A stretch of DNA of 64,000 bases from Alphaproteobacteria bacterium (GTDB lineage: Bacteria > Pseudomonadota > Alphaproteobacteria > MPNO01 > UBA830): NCBI GenBank assembly GCA_964291215.2, contig OZ219790.1:128001-192000 (forward strand). The letters run 5' to 3'. A program made the translations under genes and the position numbers. Positions 21,340 through 32,256 of the stretch are shown here, piece by piece. Position 1 is the first letter of the stretch; every line of letters begins with the position of its first letter. The notes beneath the pieces were generated by a model. It was not told the origin of the DNA, ran no database searches, and was given only the letters and a program-made list of their open reading frames with translations.

Positions 21340-21379
21340 AAAGAAAGGGAGCCGCCACAATCCCTTGCGGCGGCTCCCT
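21340..21379 (-). terminator. Rho-independent terminator of groESL
   Basis: 11-bp stem AGGGAGCCGCC / GGCGGCTCCCT followed by TTCTTT on the minus strand, just after the groEL stop. Confidence 0.8.
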
Positions 21380-21404
21380 GAATTTCGGGAACTGGACCGG
21401 GTGG

Positions 21405-23051
<1,647 letters not shown>

Positions 23052-23339
23052 TTAGTCGATTATGGCCATGATGTCGGACTCCTTCATGATCAGGAGATCC
23101 TTGCCATCGAGTTTCACTTCTGTGCCGGACCACTTGCCGTACAGGATCTTGTCGCCCTTCTTGACGTCCATTGCCTGTGTCGTGCCGTCATCGTTGCGGG
23201 CTCCGTTGCCCACTGCGATGATCTTGCCTTCCTGCGGCTTTTCCTGGGCGGTGTCAGGGATGATGATGCCCCCGGCCGTCTTCTCCTCGGCGGTAAGCGG
23301 TTCGACCAGCACGCGATCGTGCAGGGGTCTGATTGCCAT
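23052..23339 (-). CDS. groES: Co-chaperonin GroES
   Basis: [30 protein letters not shown]. Confidence 0.99.
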   Translation of the reverse strand: MAIRPLHDRVLVEPLTAEEKTAGGIIIPDTAQEKPQEGKIIAVGNGARNDDGTTQAMDVKKGDKILYGKWSGTEVKLDGKDLLIMKESDIMAIID

Positions 23340-23387
23340 CAGCGATCCTCCTAATGAAGTTTGTCGTTGTACAAAAAGATGGAGTTG

Positions 23388-23414
23388 CTAGCACTCAAGG
23401 CTAGCGAGTGATAA
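23388..23414 (-). promoter_or_regulatory. CIRCE element (HrcA operator)
   Basis: TTATCACTC-N9-GAGTGCTAG on the minus strand versus consensus TTAGCACTC-N9-GAGTGCTAA. Confidence 0.9.
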
Positions 23415-23416
23415 CT

Positions 23417-23445
23417 ATGTAAGTCCGGTTTTCGAAATCTTCAAG
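23417..23445 (-). promoter_or_regulatory. RpoH (sigma32)-type promoter of groESL
   Basis: CTTGAA-N16-CTTACAT directly upstream of CIRCE. Confidence 0.7.
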
Positions 23446-23490
23446 AGGCCGCGCCGACTTTTTTTGTCTCGCGTCCGCTGCCCCGGGCAG

Positions 23491-24765
23491 CTAGGCCCCG
23501 GCGTTCCGGTCCAGACCCATCGCGGCGACATAGGCGGCGCGAACGGCGGCAGGCTGGCCGGCCTGAAACACGAAGTTCAGAATCGAACGCATGCGCTGGT
23601 AATTCGGGTTCCGCAATTCCTCCCGCGTCGGTCCGTTACGGAAGTACTCGCGGTCAAAGATCGGAAGCGTAACGCAGTTGTTGGCCCGCGGATCGCGTAC
23701 CAGCCCCTTCGGGTCTCCGCCCTCGGCAACGACTTCGATGTCGTCGAGAAATCTCCGGCGCATCATGATCACGCCGCGGTCGCTGCGCCCGAGATGTTCC
23801 TGGGACCGGTCGGCAAGCGCCCCCTGCCCGACCCAGGCAGCAAAATCCTGATTCATGACATGGCTGGTGATCCACTCGCCCGTGTCGGCGTCGCGAATCG
23901 GGCCGCGCCAGGCCGGAATGCCATCCTGGCGGAAGGGCCTCATGTCTTGCGGTACCGGATTGAAAAACCAGCCGACGCTCAGCGTGTTGCTATCGTCGAT
24001 CGGGACCCGCCACTCGAAATGGTCTCCGGTAAACAGCGCGTTGGGCCACAAGCAATTGCGTCCGACCGTCCATAGCGGATGGTTCTCGTCCGTATTTTCA
24101 CGGACGCGCCTGTAGGAGATCCCGAACTCGAACTCGTCGAACCCGAGCTTGAGATGCTTCGGTGCATAGGGGCCACAGGCCCCGGATGCCCGCACCCGCC
24201 AGTTGTCATGCTGCCACTCGAAATGTACCGGGTCGATCGAATTCTCCTGGCACTGGAACCAGTTGCAGGGAATTTCGGAAATCACGATCTGGCAAAAACC
24301 GTTCTCCCAAGTAAAGGGCTCCCACGTAGGCACCAGCGGCGCCGGTTCGGGACCGAGATAGGCCCAGAGAAGGCCGGCCTTGGCCTCGACGGGGTAGGAC
24401 GTGATCCGAATCTTGTCGCGGAAACGCGAATCCGGGTCGGCGGTGTCCTCGAACGGCTGCTCGAGGCAGGCCCCGGTGCGATCGAAGTACCAGCCATGAT
24501 AGCTGCAGCGCAGCCCGCATTCCTCGACATAGCCGAACCCGAGATCGGCGCGCCGGTGCGGACAGTGGCGCTCGAGCAGGCCGTAACCGCCTGAAAGATC
24601 GCGATAGAGGACGAGGTCCTCGCCCATGATCCTGATTCGCCTCGTCGGCTGCTCCGCCATCTCGGACACGGCGCCGACCGGATGCCAATATCTCCTGAGA
24701 AGCTCGCCCATCGGCGTGCCGGGTCCGGTTTCACACAGCTGGCGGTTGGTCGCGTGGTCAAGCAT
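23491..24765 (-). CDS. ligXa: Rieske non-heme iron oxygenase, LigXa (DDVA O-demethylase oxygenase)-like
   Basis: GPGTPMGELLRRYWHP, CPHR..CSYHGW Rieske motif, ENSIDPVHFEWQH, ITSHVMNQDF; matches my recall of Sphingobium LigXa along its length. Confidence 0.8.
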   Translation of the reverse strand: MLDHATNRQLCETGPGTPMGELLRRYWHPVGAVSEMAEQPTRRIRIMGEDLVLYRDLSGGYGLLERHCPHRRADLGFGYVEECGLRCSYHGWYFDRTGACLEQPFEDTADPDSRFRDKIRITSYPVEAKAGLLWAYLGPEPAPLVPTWEPFTWENGFCQIVISEIPCNWFQCQENSIDPVHFEWQHDNWRVRASGACGPYAPKHLKLGFDEFEFGISYRRVRENTDENHPLWTVGRNCLWPNALFTGDHFEWRVPIDDSNTLSVGWFFNPVPQDMRPFRQDGIPAWRGPIRDADTGEWITSHVMNQDFAAWVGQGALADRSQEHLGRSDRGVIMMRRRFLDDIEVVAEGGDPKGLVRDPRANNCVTLPIFDREYFRNGPTREELRNPNYQRMRSILNFVFQAGQPAAVRAAYVAAMGLDRNAGA

Positions 24766-24868
24766 GGCCCAGACATATCTCCGTGCAGGCGCAGGAACCG
24801 ACGGGCTCCTCGCCACAACAACCGAACCGTGCCACAATGGCCCCAGCTCGACAAACGGGAGAGGGTTC

Positions 24869-25777
24869 ATGGCACGGTTTGTCATCCAGTCCCACGGCAG
24901 ACTCCAGGAATGGGTTGCCGAGGAACATGGCTACTTCGCTGCGGAAGGCCTTGAATATGATCTGGCGCTGGGCCGGCCGGCGCGATGGTCGACCAGTGTG
25001 GCCAGCGCAGAGGAGGCGCCGCCCGAAGTCCGCTACGGCGCATTCGAATCCTACGAAGAAGGGCGCGCCTGCAATATCTCGGCGGCATGTCACTGGACCG
25101 TAAACATGGCCGCGTCCGCCGGACATGGCCGGATGTGGGGCGATGCCTATTCGGTCACGCCCTCGGCCATCTTCGTGCCGCCCGATTCGCCGGTTGCGAG
25201 GCCCGAGGACCTGGCGGGCGTTCCCGTCGAGGTCGGCTACCATTCGGGGAGTCACTACTCCACGCTCCAGGCCCTCCGCCGCTTCCTCGACCCCGATGAT
25301 ATCAGACTCGACTTTGGCGGCGTGCTCTGGGACCGGCTTGCGCTGCTCGTCGAGGGTCGTGCCCAGGCCGGCAATGCCTTCGGTGCGCCCTACTACCTTC
25401 TCGAACAGCTCGGTTTCCGCAAGATCGTCGACACGACCTTCATGATCGGCTCTCTCGTTGCCGGCGATTCTGACCTCGATGACGTGCGCCGCTATTTCCG
25501 TGCGCTGCGCCGGGCTCAGCGGGACATCGACGCCGAGCCCGAATGCTACACCCACTATTTTCTGCGTGAACTGCCCGCACGCTACCATGCGATGGTCGAT
25601 GTCCGGCGCATGGGGCCCGGAGAACGCCTCGTCTTCGAACCATACACGCAGGAACTGTTCGAGCGGACCCACAGATGGATGACTGATCTCGACCTGTTCC
25701 CGGACGACCAGAGAGGATCCGGCACCTATCATGAGGCGGTGCTGACGGGAATCGCCGCAGCTCCTATTTCCAGCTGA
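24869..25777 (+). CDS. Periplasmic-binding-protein-II fold protein (SsuA/NMT1-like), no obvious signal peptide
   Basis: WVAEEHGYFAAEGLE, PEDLAGVPVEVGYHSGSH; GGGAG upstream. Confidence 0.7.
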   Translation: MARFVIQSHGRLQEWVAEEHGYFAAEGLEYDLALGRPARWSTSVASAEEAPPEVRYGAFESYEEGRACNISAACHWTVNMAASAGHGRMWGDAYSVTPSAIFVPPDSPVARPEDLAGVPVEVGYHSGSHYSTLQALRRFLDPDDIRLDFGGVLWDRLALLVEGRAQAGNAFGAPYYLLEQLGFRKIVDTTFMIGSLVAGDSDLDDVRRYFRALRRAQRDIDAEPECYTHYFLRELPARYHAMVDVRRMGPGERLVFEPYTQELFERTHRWMTDLDLFPDDQRGSGTYHEAVLTGIAAAPISS

Positions 25778-27293
25778 TCCTGCCCATCTGGGCGCCGAAG
25801 GGATTGATGATCCCCTTTTCGATCACCAGGTCCTTGTTGTGGACGAACACGGACGACAGGCTTGCGATCGGAATGATGTAGGCCTGTTCGTTAATGCGGT
25901 TAAAGACCTGCCGGTAGAGCTTTTCGCGCTCGCCGGTATCGAAGGTCGCACCCGCCTTCTTCATCCACCCCTTGATCTGCTGGTCCCCGTAATAGTCCCG
26001 GGCCTTGCTTCCGAAATAAAAGGTGACCAGCGCATCAACATCTGGAACGCCGCCTGAACTGAACTGGTGAACCAGGCTCTGGATCTTGCCGCTCCTCTGC
26101 AGCTTGCGGTAGGCGCCAAAGGTCACGCTCCTGATCGAGGCCTTGACGCCGACCGCGCGAAAATATCCGGCGATCGCCTCCGCAACCTTGCGGCTCTCCC
26201 CGAGCGTGGTGATCTGCAGTGCGAGATTCGATTTGCCCGCCTCGGCCAGCATTTTCTTCGCGGCCGCCGGATCGTAGGGTGGCGGCTTCCGGTCGAAGAC
26301 GCATCCGATCTGGAGAGGCTTGCAGATCGAATCCATGCGCGCCACGGCATCGCCGCCAGCGAAAATGTTGCGGCGGATCGATTCTCTGTCGATGGCATGG
26401 ATCAGCGCGCGGCGCACGCGGGCATCCTTGAGATCGTCCTTGCCGCTCCGTCCCAGCGCATCGAAAGCGATGTAGCGGAACAGGATGCCGTTGCTGACCG
26501 TCATGCCGAGCGCCGGATTGAGCGCCAGATTGTCGGCCTGGTCCTTCGGCACGTTGTGGATCATGTCGAGCCCCCCCGTGATCAGCTGTGCCACCTGGGT
26601 CTGGATATCGGGGATCGGCAGGACATGCAGGTTCGCGATCTTTCCGGCCGGCTTCGATGGCGCGCCATGGGCGTAGGCCTCGTTCCGCACCATCCGGACG
26701 CCCTTGTCCGGACTGTAGGCGACGACCTTGTAGGGGCCTGTGCCGATGGGTTTCTTGCCGAACGTCACCTTTTTCTCGAGCTTGCCGTGAACATCGGATG
26801 GCAGGATCGGAATGCTGACGGCGAATCTCGCCATGGCAACCGCGCGCGCTCCCTTGGTTGTCACGCGGACCGTGTAGCGGTCAACCCTGGTAGCCTTCTT
26901 GATCCACAAGAACCGTGTCTTGATGCGGAACTTGACCTTGGGGTCGCTGACCCAGTTCAGGGTATAGACCACATCGTCGGCATCCATCGGCGATCCGTCA
27001 TGGAACCGCACATCGTCGCGCAGCACAAATTCGTAGGTCGTCGGATCGATCTGCTTCCAGGCCTTCGCGAGCAGCGGTTCGAACGCCTTCGTTTTCTCAT
27101 TGTAGGTGATCAGCGTGTCGAACACCGCGCGCGCGGTGAACGCTGTCTCTCCCTTGGGATCATAGATCAAGTCGACGCCCGGGATGGGATCGTAGAACCC
27201 GACCCTGAGCGTGTCTGCAGACTTTTGCCCTGCTGCTGGCGCCGTCGCCATTACCCCGGCCGCTGCCGCAGCGATGAGGAGTTTGCGCGTCAT
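25764..27293 (-). CDS. ABC transporter substrate-binding protein, family 5 (DppA/OppA-like)
   Basis: Signal peptide; PLLAKAW, FHDGSPMDADDVVYT, PIGTGPYK, VRRALIHAIDR. Confidence 0.92.
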   Translation of the reverse strand: MTRKLLIAAAAAGVMATAPAAGQKSADTLRVGFYDPIPGVDLIYDPKGETAFTARAVFDTLITYNEKTKAFEPLLAKAWKQIDPTTYEFVLRDDVRFHDGSPMDADDVVYTLNWVSDPKVKFRIKTRFLWIKKATRVDRYTVRVTTKGARAVAMARFAVSIPILPSDVHGKLEKKVTFGKKPIGTGPYKVVAYSPDKGVRMVRNEAYAHGAPSKPAGKIANLHVLPIPDIQTQVAQLITGGLDMIHNVPKDQADNLALNPALGMTVSNGILFRYIAFDALGRSGKDDLKDARVRRALIHAIDRESIRRNIFAGGDAVARMDSICKPLQIGCVFDRKPPPYDPAAAKKMLAEAGKSNLALQITTLGESRKVAEAIAGYFRAVGVKASIRSVTFGAYRKLQRSGKIQSLVHQFSSGGVPDVDALVTFYFGSKARDYYGDQQIKGWMKKAGATFDTGEREKLYRQVFNRINEQAYIIPIASLSSVFVHNKDLVIEKGIINPFGAQMGRISWK

Positions 27294-27385
27294 AACCTGG
27301 CTCCCTATTCTTGGTGCGAAATGCAACGGGTCTGCGCACCCGCCGCTTCATCCTGACTGTACCAGACTTCCATGGAGGCGAGGAA

Positions 27386-28399
27386 ATGATTATCGACTGC
27401 CATGCCCACGTCAGCGCACCAGCCGAACTGTGGGCTTACAAGGCGAGTCTGGTTTCGCACCGCGGCTCCCACGGTCGCGGCCGCGTCAACGTCAGCGACG
27501 ACGACATTCGCCATGCCGTTGAAGAACAGCATTTCCCCGGTTCCGGCCACAGCCACATGGACTATATCGACACCCTCGGCACCGACATGCAATTGCTCTC
27601 GCCGCGGCCCTTCCAGCTCATGCATTCCGAAAAGCCGGCAAGGCTCGTCCAGTGGTTTCACGAGGAATGCAACAACATGATCCACCGCCAGATGGGGCTC
27701 TATCCGGATCGATTCGTCGGCGTCGCCGGCCTGCCCCAGCCCTGTGGCGAGCCCCTTGACATGGCGATCGCCGAACTCGGGCGCTGCGTCAGCGAACTCG
27801 GCTTCAGGGGCTGCCTGCTCAACCCCGACCCCTACGAGAACACCGGCATCCACCCGCCGCCGCTTGGCGACCGCTACTGGTATCCGCTCTACGAGAAGTT
27901 GTGCGAACTCGACGTGCCGGCCCACATCCACGGTACCGGGTCGAGGTCGGAGCGCGAGCCCTACTCCCTGCGCTTCATCAACGAGGAGACGACGGCAGTG
28001 TACGGCCTTGTCAATTCGACAGTGCTCGACGACTTCCCCGATCTGAGAATTGTTGTCAGCCACGGCGGCGGCGCCGTTCCCTATCAGCTGGGACGCTTCG
28101 AATCAGGGACTCTCCGCCGCCCTGGCGCCGAACGGTTCAGCCAACGCATGCGCCGGCTGTTCTACGACACGGTGCTCTACACCCGAGAGGCGGTCGAGCT
28201 CCTGATCAGGGTCGCCGGTGTAAACCAGTGCCTCTTCGGCGCCGAGTGCCCGGGCGTCGGCTCGTCCGTCAATCCCGACACCGGGCGGCACATGGACGAT
28301 GTCGCGTACCACATTCGGGAAATCGAGTGGATGTCGGACGACGACAGGGAGAGGATTTTCGTCGGCAACGCGAGGCGCGTGTTCGGGCTTGCACCGTAA
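27386..28399 (+). CDS. ligY: Amidohydrolase, LigY (OH-DDVA meta-cleavage product hydrolase)-like
   Basis: MIIDCHAHVSAPAELWAYKASL..HRGSHGRG, LGDRYWYPLYEKLCELD, FINEET, HGGGA, ECPGVGS; matches recalled LigY. Confidence 0.82.
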   Translation: MIIDCHAHVSAPAELWAYKASLVSHRGSHGRGRVNVSDDDIRHAVEEQHFPGSGHSHMDYIDTLGTDMQLLSPRPFQLMHSEKPARLVQWFHEECNNMIHRQMGLYPDRFVGVAGLPQPCGEPLDMAIAELGRCVSELGFRGCLLNPDPYENTGIHPPPLGDRYWYPLYEKLCELDVPAHIHGTGSRSEREPYSLRFINEETTAVYGLVNSTVLDDFPDLRIVVSHGGGAVPYQLGRFESGTLRRPGAERFSQRMRRLFYDTVLYTREAVELLIRVAGVNQCLFGAECPGVGSSVNPDTGRHMDDVAYHIREIEWMSDDDRERIFVGNARRVFGLAP

Positions 28400-28430
28400 G
28401 GCCGCGCGGCGCGGAACGGGGAAGGCCGCC

Positions 28431-29348
28431 ATGGGGCGCTTCCTGTTGCAGCGGAGCGGTGTGGCACTGCTCGTCGCGGTCACCGTCTCGATCATCGGCT
28501 TTGCGCTGCTGCGTCTTTCGGGCGATCTGGCAGCCGACCTCGCCGGCGAGGACGCGACACCGGAAGAAATTGCCGAGATCGCGAGGCTCTACGGCCTCGA
28601 TCTTCCGATTCACGAGCAGTATCTCGACTGGGCGGGACGTGCGCTCGGCGGCGATCTTGGCCAGTCCCTGTTCACCAGCGAGCCGGTTCTCGAACTCATC
28701 CTCGACCGCATCGGAGTTACCGTCAGCCTGTCGGTCTACTCCCTTCTCCTCGCTCTCGCCCTCGCCATTCCGCTCGGCGTTGCCGCGGCGATCAGGGTGA
28801 ACAGCTGGATCGACCGGACAGCACTCGCGGTTGCGGTTTTTGGCCAGGCGATCCCGAATTTCTGGTTCGGACTGATCCTGATCTACCTGTTTGGCGTCGT
28901 GCTGGGCTGGTTGCCAATCTCCGGCTCGGACAGTTTCGCGCATTTCGTGCTGCCCACGGTGGCGCTCGGGACCGCGGTCATGCCGGCCTTGATGCGGCTG
29001 ACCCGAGCCGGCATGCTCGAGGTACTCGATTCCGATTATGTCCGCACCGCCTGGGCCAAGGGCCTCCGCTCCCCGACGGTATTCTTCAAGCACGCACTGC
29101 GCAACGCGGTTCTGCCCGTCGTGTCGCTGTCCGCAGTTTCTCTTGGTTTCCTTCTCGGCGGTTCCGTCATCGTCGAGACCGTGTTCGCGCTCAACGGGAT
29201 CGGCCTCCTCGCCTACCAATCGATCCTGCGTAGCGACTTTCCGGTGGTGCAGTCGATCCTGGTCTTCGTCTCGTTCGCTTACATCCTGCTCACGCTTGCC
29301 TCCGACCTGATCAACGCGCGGCTGGATCCTCGCATCCGCCTGGATTGA
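28431..29348 (+). CDS. Dpp/Opp ABC permease (DppB-like)
   Basis: GDLGQS, DYVRTAWAKGL, ETVFALNGIG, LDPRIR. Confidence 0.92.
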   Translation: MGRFLLQRSGVALLVAVTVSIIGFALLRLSGDLAADLAGEDATPEEIAEIARLYGLDLPIHEQYLDWAGRALGGDLGQSLFTSEPVLELILDRIGVTVSLSVYSLLLALALAIPLGVAAAIRVNSWIDRTALAVAVFGQAIPNFWFGLILIYLFGVVLGWLPISGSDSFAHFVLPTVALGTAVMPALMRLTRAGMLEVLDSDYVRTAWAKGLRSPTVFFKHALRNAVLPVVSLSAVSLGFLLGGSVIVETVFALNGIGLLAYQSILRSDFPVVQSILVFVSFAYILLTLASDLINARLDPRIRLD

Positions 29349-30254
29349 ATGATGGCAACTGACATGTTCCAGGACGAGTTTGCGACCGCAGCGCCAACGC
29401 CGGGCGAGATCATGAGGCGGCGGGCCCGCTCGCATCTCGGCTTCCTCGCCGGCGGCGGCTTCGTAGCGCTGGTCGTGCTGCTTGCCGTGCTTGCGCCCTA
29501 CGTGACGCCCTACGACCCCTACAGCCAGAACCTCGAGGCGCGGCTGGTCGGTCCGGTCTGGGCGGCAGACGGAAGCTGGGCCCATCTTCTCGGAACCGAT
29601 TCGCTGGGCCGGGACTATCTGACCCGCATCCTTTACGGCGCTCGGGTCTCACTGATCGTCGGCCTCGGAGCGGCGCTGATATCGGGCACCGTCGGCTCCT
29701 TGATCGGCGTTGTAGGGGGGTATTTTGGAGGACGAATCGACGCCTTCGTGATGTACCTGATCAACGTGAAACTCGCCCTGCCCGGCATTCTCGTCGCGCT
29801 ATCGCTGGTGTCGATCTTCGGCGGCTCGCTGCTTGCGCTGGTCTGCATCCTCGGCTTCCTGTTCTGGGACCGCTTCGCGGTCGTCGTCCGCAGCGTCACC
29901 CAGCAGGTCAGGAGTCATGATTTCATCACCGCGGCCGAAGCTGTAGGCGCCTCCCGGCCACGCATCATCTTCCGAGAGGTGCTGCCCAACGTGACCAGCC
30001 AGATCATCGTCATCGCCAGCCTCGAGATGGCGATCGCAATCCTCGTCGAGGCCGTTCTCTCCTTCCTCGGTCTCGGCATTCAGCCGCCGACACCTTCCTG
30101 GGGCCTGCTGGTTTCCGAAGGACGCAACTTCATGTTCTTCAAACCCTATCTGATCACCCTGCCCGGCCTCGCCATCTTCCTGCTGGTGATCGCAATAAAC
30201 CTGATGGGCGACGGTATTCGCGACATCACGGCACCCGAGGGCCGCAACCGATGA
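29349..30254 (+). CDS. Dpp/Opp ABC permease (DppC-like)
   Basis: HLLGTDSLGRD, AAEAVGA, LSFLGLG..PPTPSWG. Confidence 0.92.
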   Translation: MMATDMFQDEFATAAPTPGEIMRRRARSHLGFLAGGGFVALVVLLAVLAPYVTPYDPYSQNLEARLVGPVWAADGSWAHLLGTDSLGRDYLTRILYGARVSLIVGLGAALISGTVGSLIGVVGGYFGGRIDAFVMYLINVKLALPGILVALSLVSIFGGSLLALVCILGFLFWDRFAVVVRSVTQQVRSHDFITAAEAVGASRPRIIFREVLPNVTSQIIVIASLEMAIAILVEAVLSFLGLGIQPPTPSWGLLVSEGRNFMFFKPYLITLPGLAIFLLVIAINLMGDGIRDITAPEGRNR

Positions 30255-31255
30255 GTGCCGCCGACACTCCGGTTCTTGCCGTCCAGGGCCTCAGCGTCGA
30301 CATTGCGGTGCCTTCGGGTGTCCTCCATGCCGTCGACGATGTCGATTTCTCGGTGCGCCGGGGCGAGACGCTCGCGATCGTCGGCGAATCCGGATGCGGC
30401 AAGACGATGACGGCGCTTGCGGTCATGCGCCTGCTGCCTCGCGAGGCAAGGCTGCGCGCGCGCCGCCTCCTGCTCGACGGCGAGGAACTGCGCAACATTC
30501 CGGATCGCGAAATTGCCGACCTCCGCGGCAACCGCATGGGAATGATCTTCCAGGATCCCATGACCTCCCTCAACCCGGTATATACGATCGGCAACCAGAT
30601 CGAGGAGATATTCCTTCGCCACCGGCGCGGCAGCCGCGCGGAGGCCCGCGACCGCGCTTCCTACCTGCTCCAACGCGTCGGAATTCCCAACGCCGCCGTC
30701 CGGCTCGGCCAGTTCCCGCATCATCTCTCCGGCGGCCTCCGCCAGCGCGCGATGATCGCCATGGCGCTCATGTGCGAGCCCTCGCTGATCATCGCTGATG
30801 AACCGACGACGGCGCTCGACGTTACCGTCCAGGCGCAGATCTTGCGCCTGCTCGCCGAATTGCAATCCGAGTTCAACATGGCGTTGATCCTGATCACGCA
30901 CGACCTCGGCGTGGTCGCCCGAACCGCCGACCGGGTCGCGGTCATGTATGCGGGCAGGATCGTGGAGAGCGGCAGTTCCGGGCAGATATTCGCCTCTCCC
31001 ACCCATCCCTATACGCGCGGACTGATCGAGTGCATACCGCATCCCGACGGGTCCGGGATCAGGCTCGGTGCAATTCCCGGCATCGTTCCCTCCCTGATCG
31101 GCGACCTGACGGGCTGCATGTTCCGCAATCGTTGTGCTCTTGCCGAAGACCGCTGCCGACAGGAAGGAAACTCGGAGCGCGAGCTCGCGGATGGTCACCA
31201 TTACCGCTGCATCCATCCCCCGCACCGTCTGCTGCCCGGCGCGGTAGCGCGATGA
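30251..31255 (+). CDS. Dpp/Opp ABC ATPase (DppD-like)
   Basis: GESGCGKT, LSGGLRQR, IADEPTTALD, HPYT. Confidence 0.93.
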   Translation: MSAADTPVLAVQGLSVDIAVPSGVLHAVDDVDFSVRRGETLAIVGESGCGKTMTALAVMRLLPREARLRARRLLLDGEELRNIPDREIADLRGNRMGMIFQDPMTSLNPVYTIGNQIEEIFLRHRRGSRAEARDRASYLLQRVGIPNAAVRLGQFPHHLSGGLRQRAMIAMALMCEPSLIIADEPTTALDVTVQAQILRLLAELQSEFNMALILITHDLGVVARTADRVAVMYAGRIVESGSSGQIFASPTHPYTRGLIECIPHPDGSGIRLGAIPGIVPSLIGDLTGCMFRNRCALAEDRCRQEGNSERELADGHHYRCIHPPHRLLPGAVAR

Positions 31256-32256
31256 TGGAGCCGCGGCACAATGGCGGCACGGAGCCTCCGGCGCTTGAAT
31301 GCACCGGCGTCACGCGCGCGTTCACGGTCAAGGGACGCCTGTTCAGGCCCGCCCGCACCCTCTGTGCTGTCGATACGGTCTCGTTCTCGGTGAGGCGTGG
31401 AGAAGTCTTTGCCATCGTCGGCGAAAGCGGCGCCGGCAAGACGACGCTGGCGAAGATACTCCTCGGGCTCCAGGTCCCGTCGTCCGGCGTCATCCGGCTT
31501 GCCGGACGGCCGCTCCGCGAGGTCGGGAGGGTTGCGATTGCGCGCCGGGTTCAGCCGGTGTTCCAGGATCCCTATTCCTCGCTCAACCCGAGAAAGACCC
31601 TGGGCCAGATCATAGGCCTGCCGCTCGCCGTGCACCGCATCGGTAGCGAAGCCGACAGGCGGGCACGGGTCGACGAGATCATGGCGATGGTCGGGCTTCC
31701 CGAGCATCTGCTCCATGCCTATCCCAACCAGCTTTCCGGAGGTCAGCGCCAGCGTGTTGCGATCGCGCGCGCCCTGGCGATGAAGCCCGACATCCTCGTC
31801 TGCGACGAACCGACTTCCGCCCTTGACGTTTCGGTACAGGCCCAGATCATCAATCTTCTCAGGGAACTGCAACAGGAGCTTGGCCTGACATACGTGCTGG
31901 TGAGCCACGATCTTGGCGTCGTCCGGCACATGGCGGACCGCGTCGCGGTGATGTATCTTGGACGCATGGTGGAAATCGGACGCACCGCGCAAATTTTTCG
32001 GGCACCGAGGCATCCCTATACCGAAATGCTCCTCGGTGCCATCCTTACGCCCGAACCCGCGCTCGGACTGCCGCCGGGCCCGGCGGAGGACAGCTTTCCC
32101 GACCCGCTCGATCCACCGGACGGCTGCCGCTTTCATCCGCGATGCCCGAGCGTGCAGAATCCCTGCCGCCACACCTCCCCGGAAACCCGTCACGACGTTC
32201 GCGGCAGCGTCGAGTGTCATCTCCATCCGGCGGAACAGGAGACACGATATGGCTGA
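31252..32256 (+). CDS. Dpp/Opp ABC ATPase (DppF-like)
   Basis: GESGAGKT, LSGGQRQR, CDEPTSALD, GCRFHPRC. Confidence 0.93.
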   Translation: MMEPRHNGGTEPPALECTGVTRAFTVKGRLFRPARTLCAVDTVSFSVRRGEVFAIVGESGAGKTTLAKILLGLQVPSSGVIRLAGRPLREVGRVAIARRVQPVFQDPYSSLNPRKTLGQIIGLPLAVHRIGSEADRRARVDEIMAMVGLPEHLLHAYPNQLSGGQRQRVAIARALAMKPDILVCDEPTSALDVSVQAQIINLLRELQQELGLTYVLVSHDLGVVRHMADRVAVMYLGRMVEIGRTAQIFRAPRHPYTEMLLGAILTPEPALGLPPGPAEDSFPDPLDPPDGCRFHPRCPSVQNPCRHTSPETRHDVRGSVECHLHPAEQETRYG

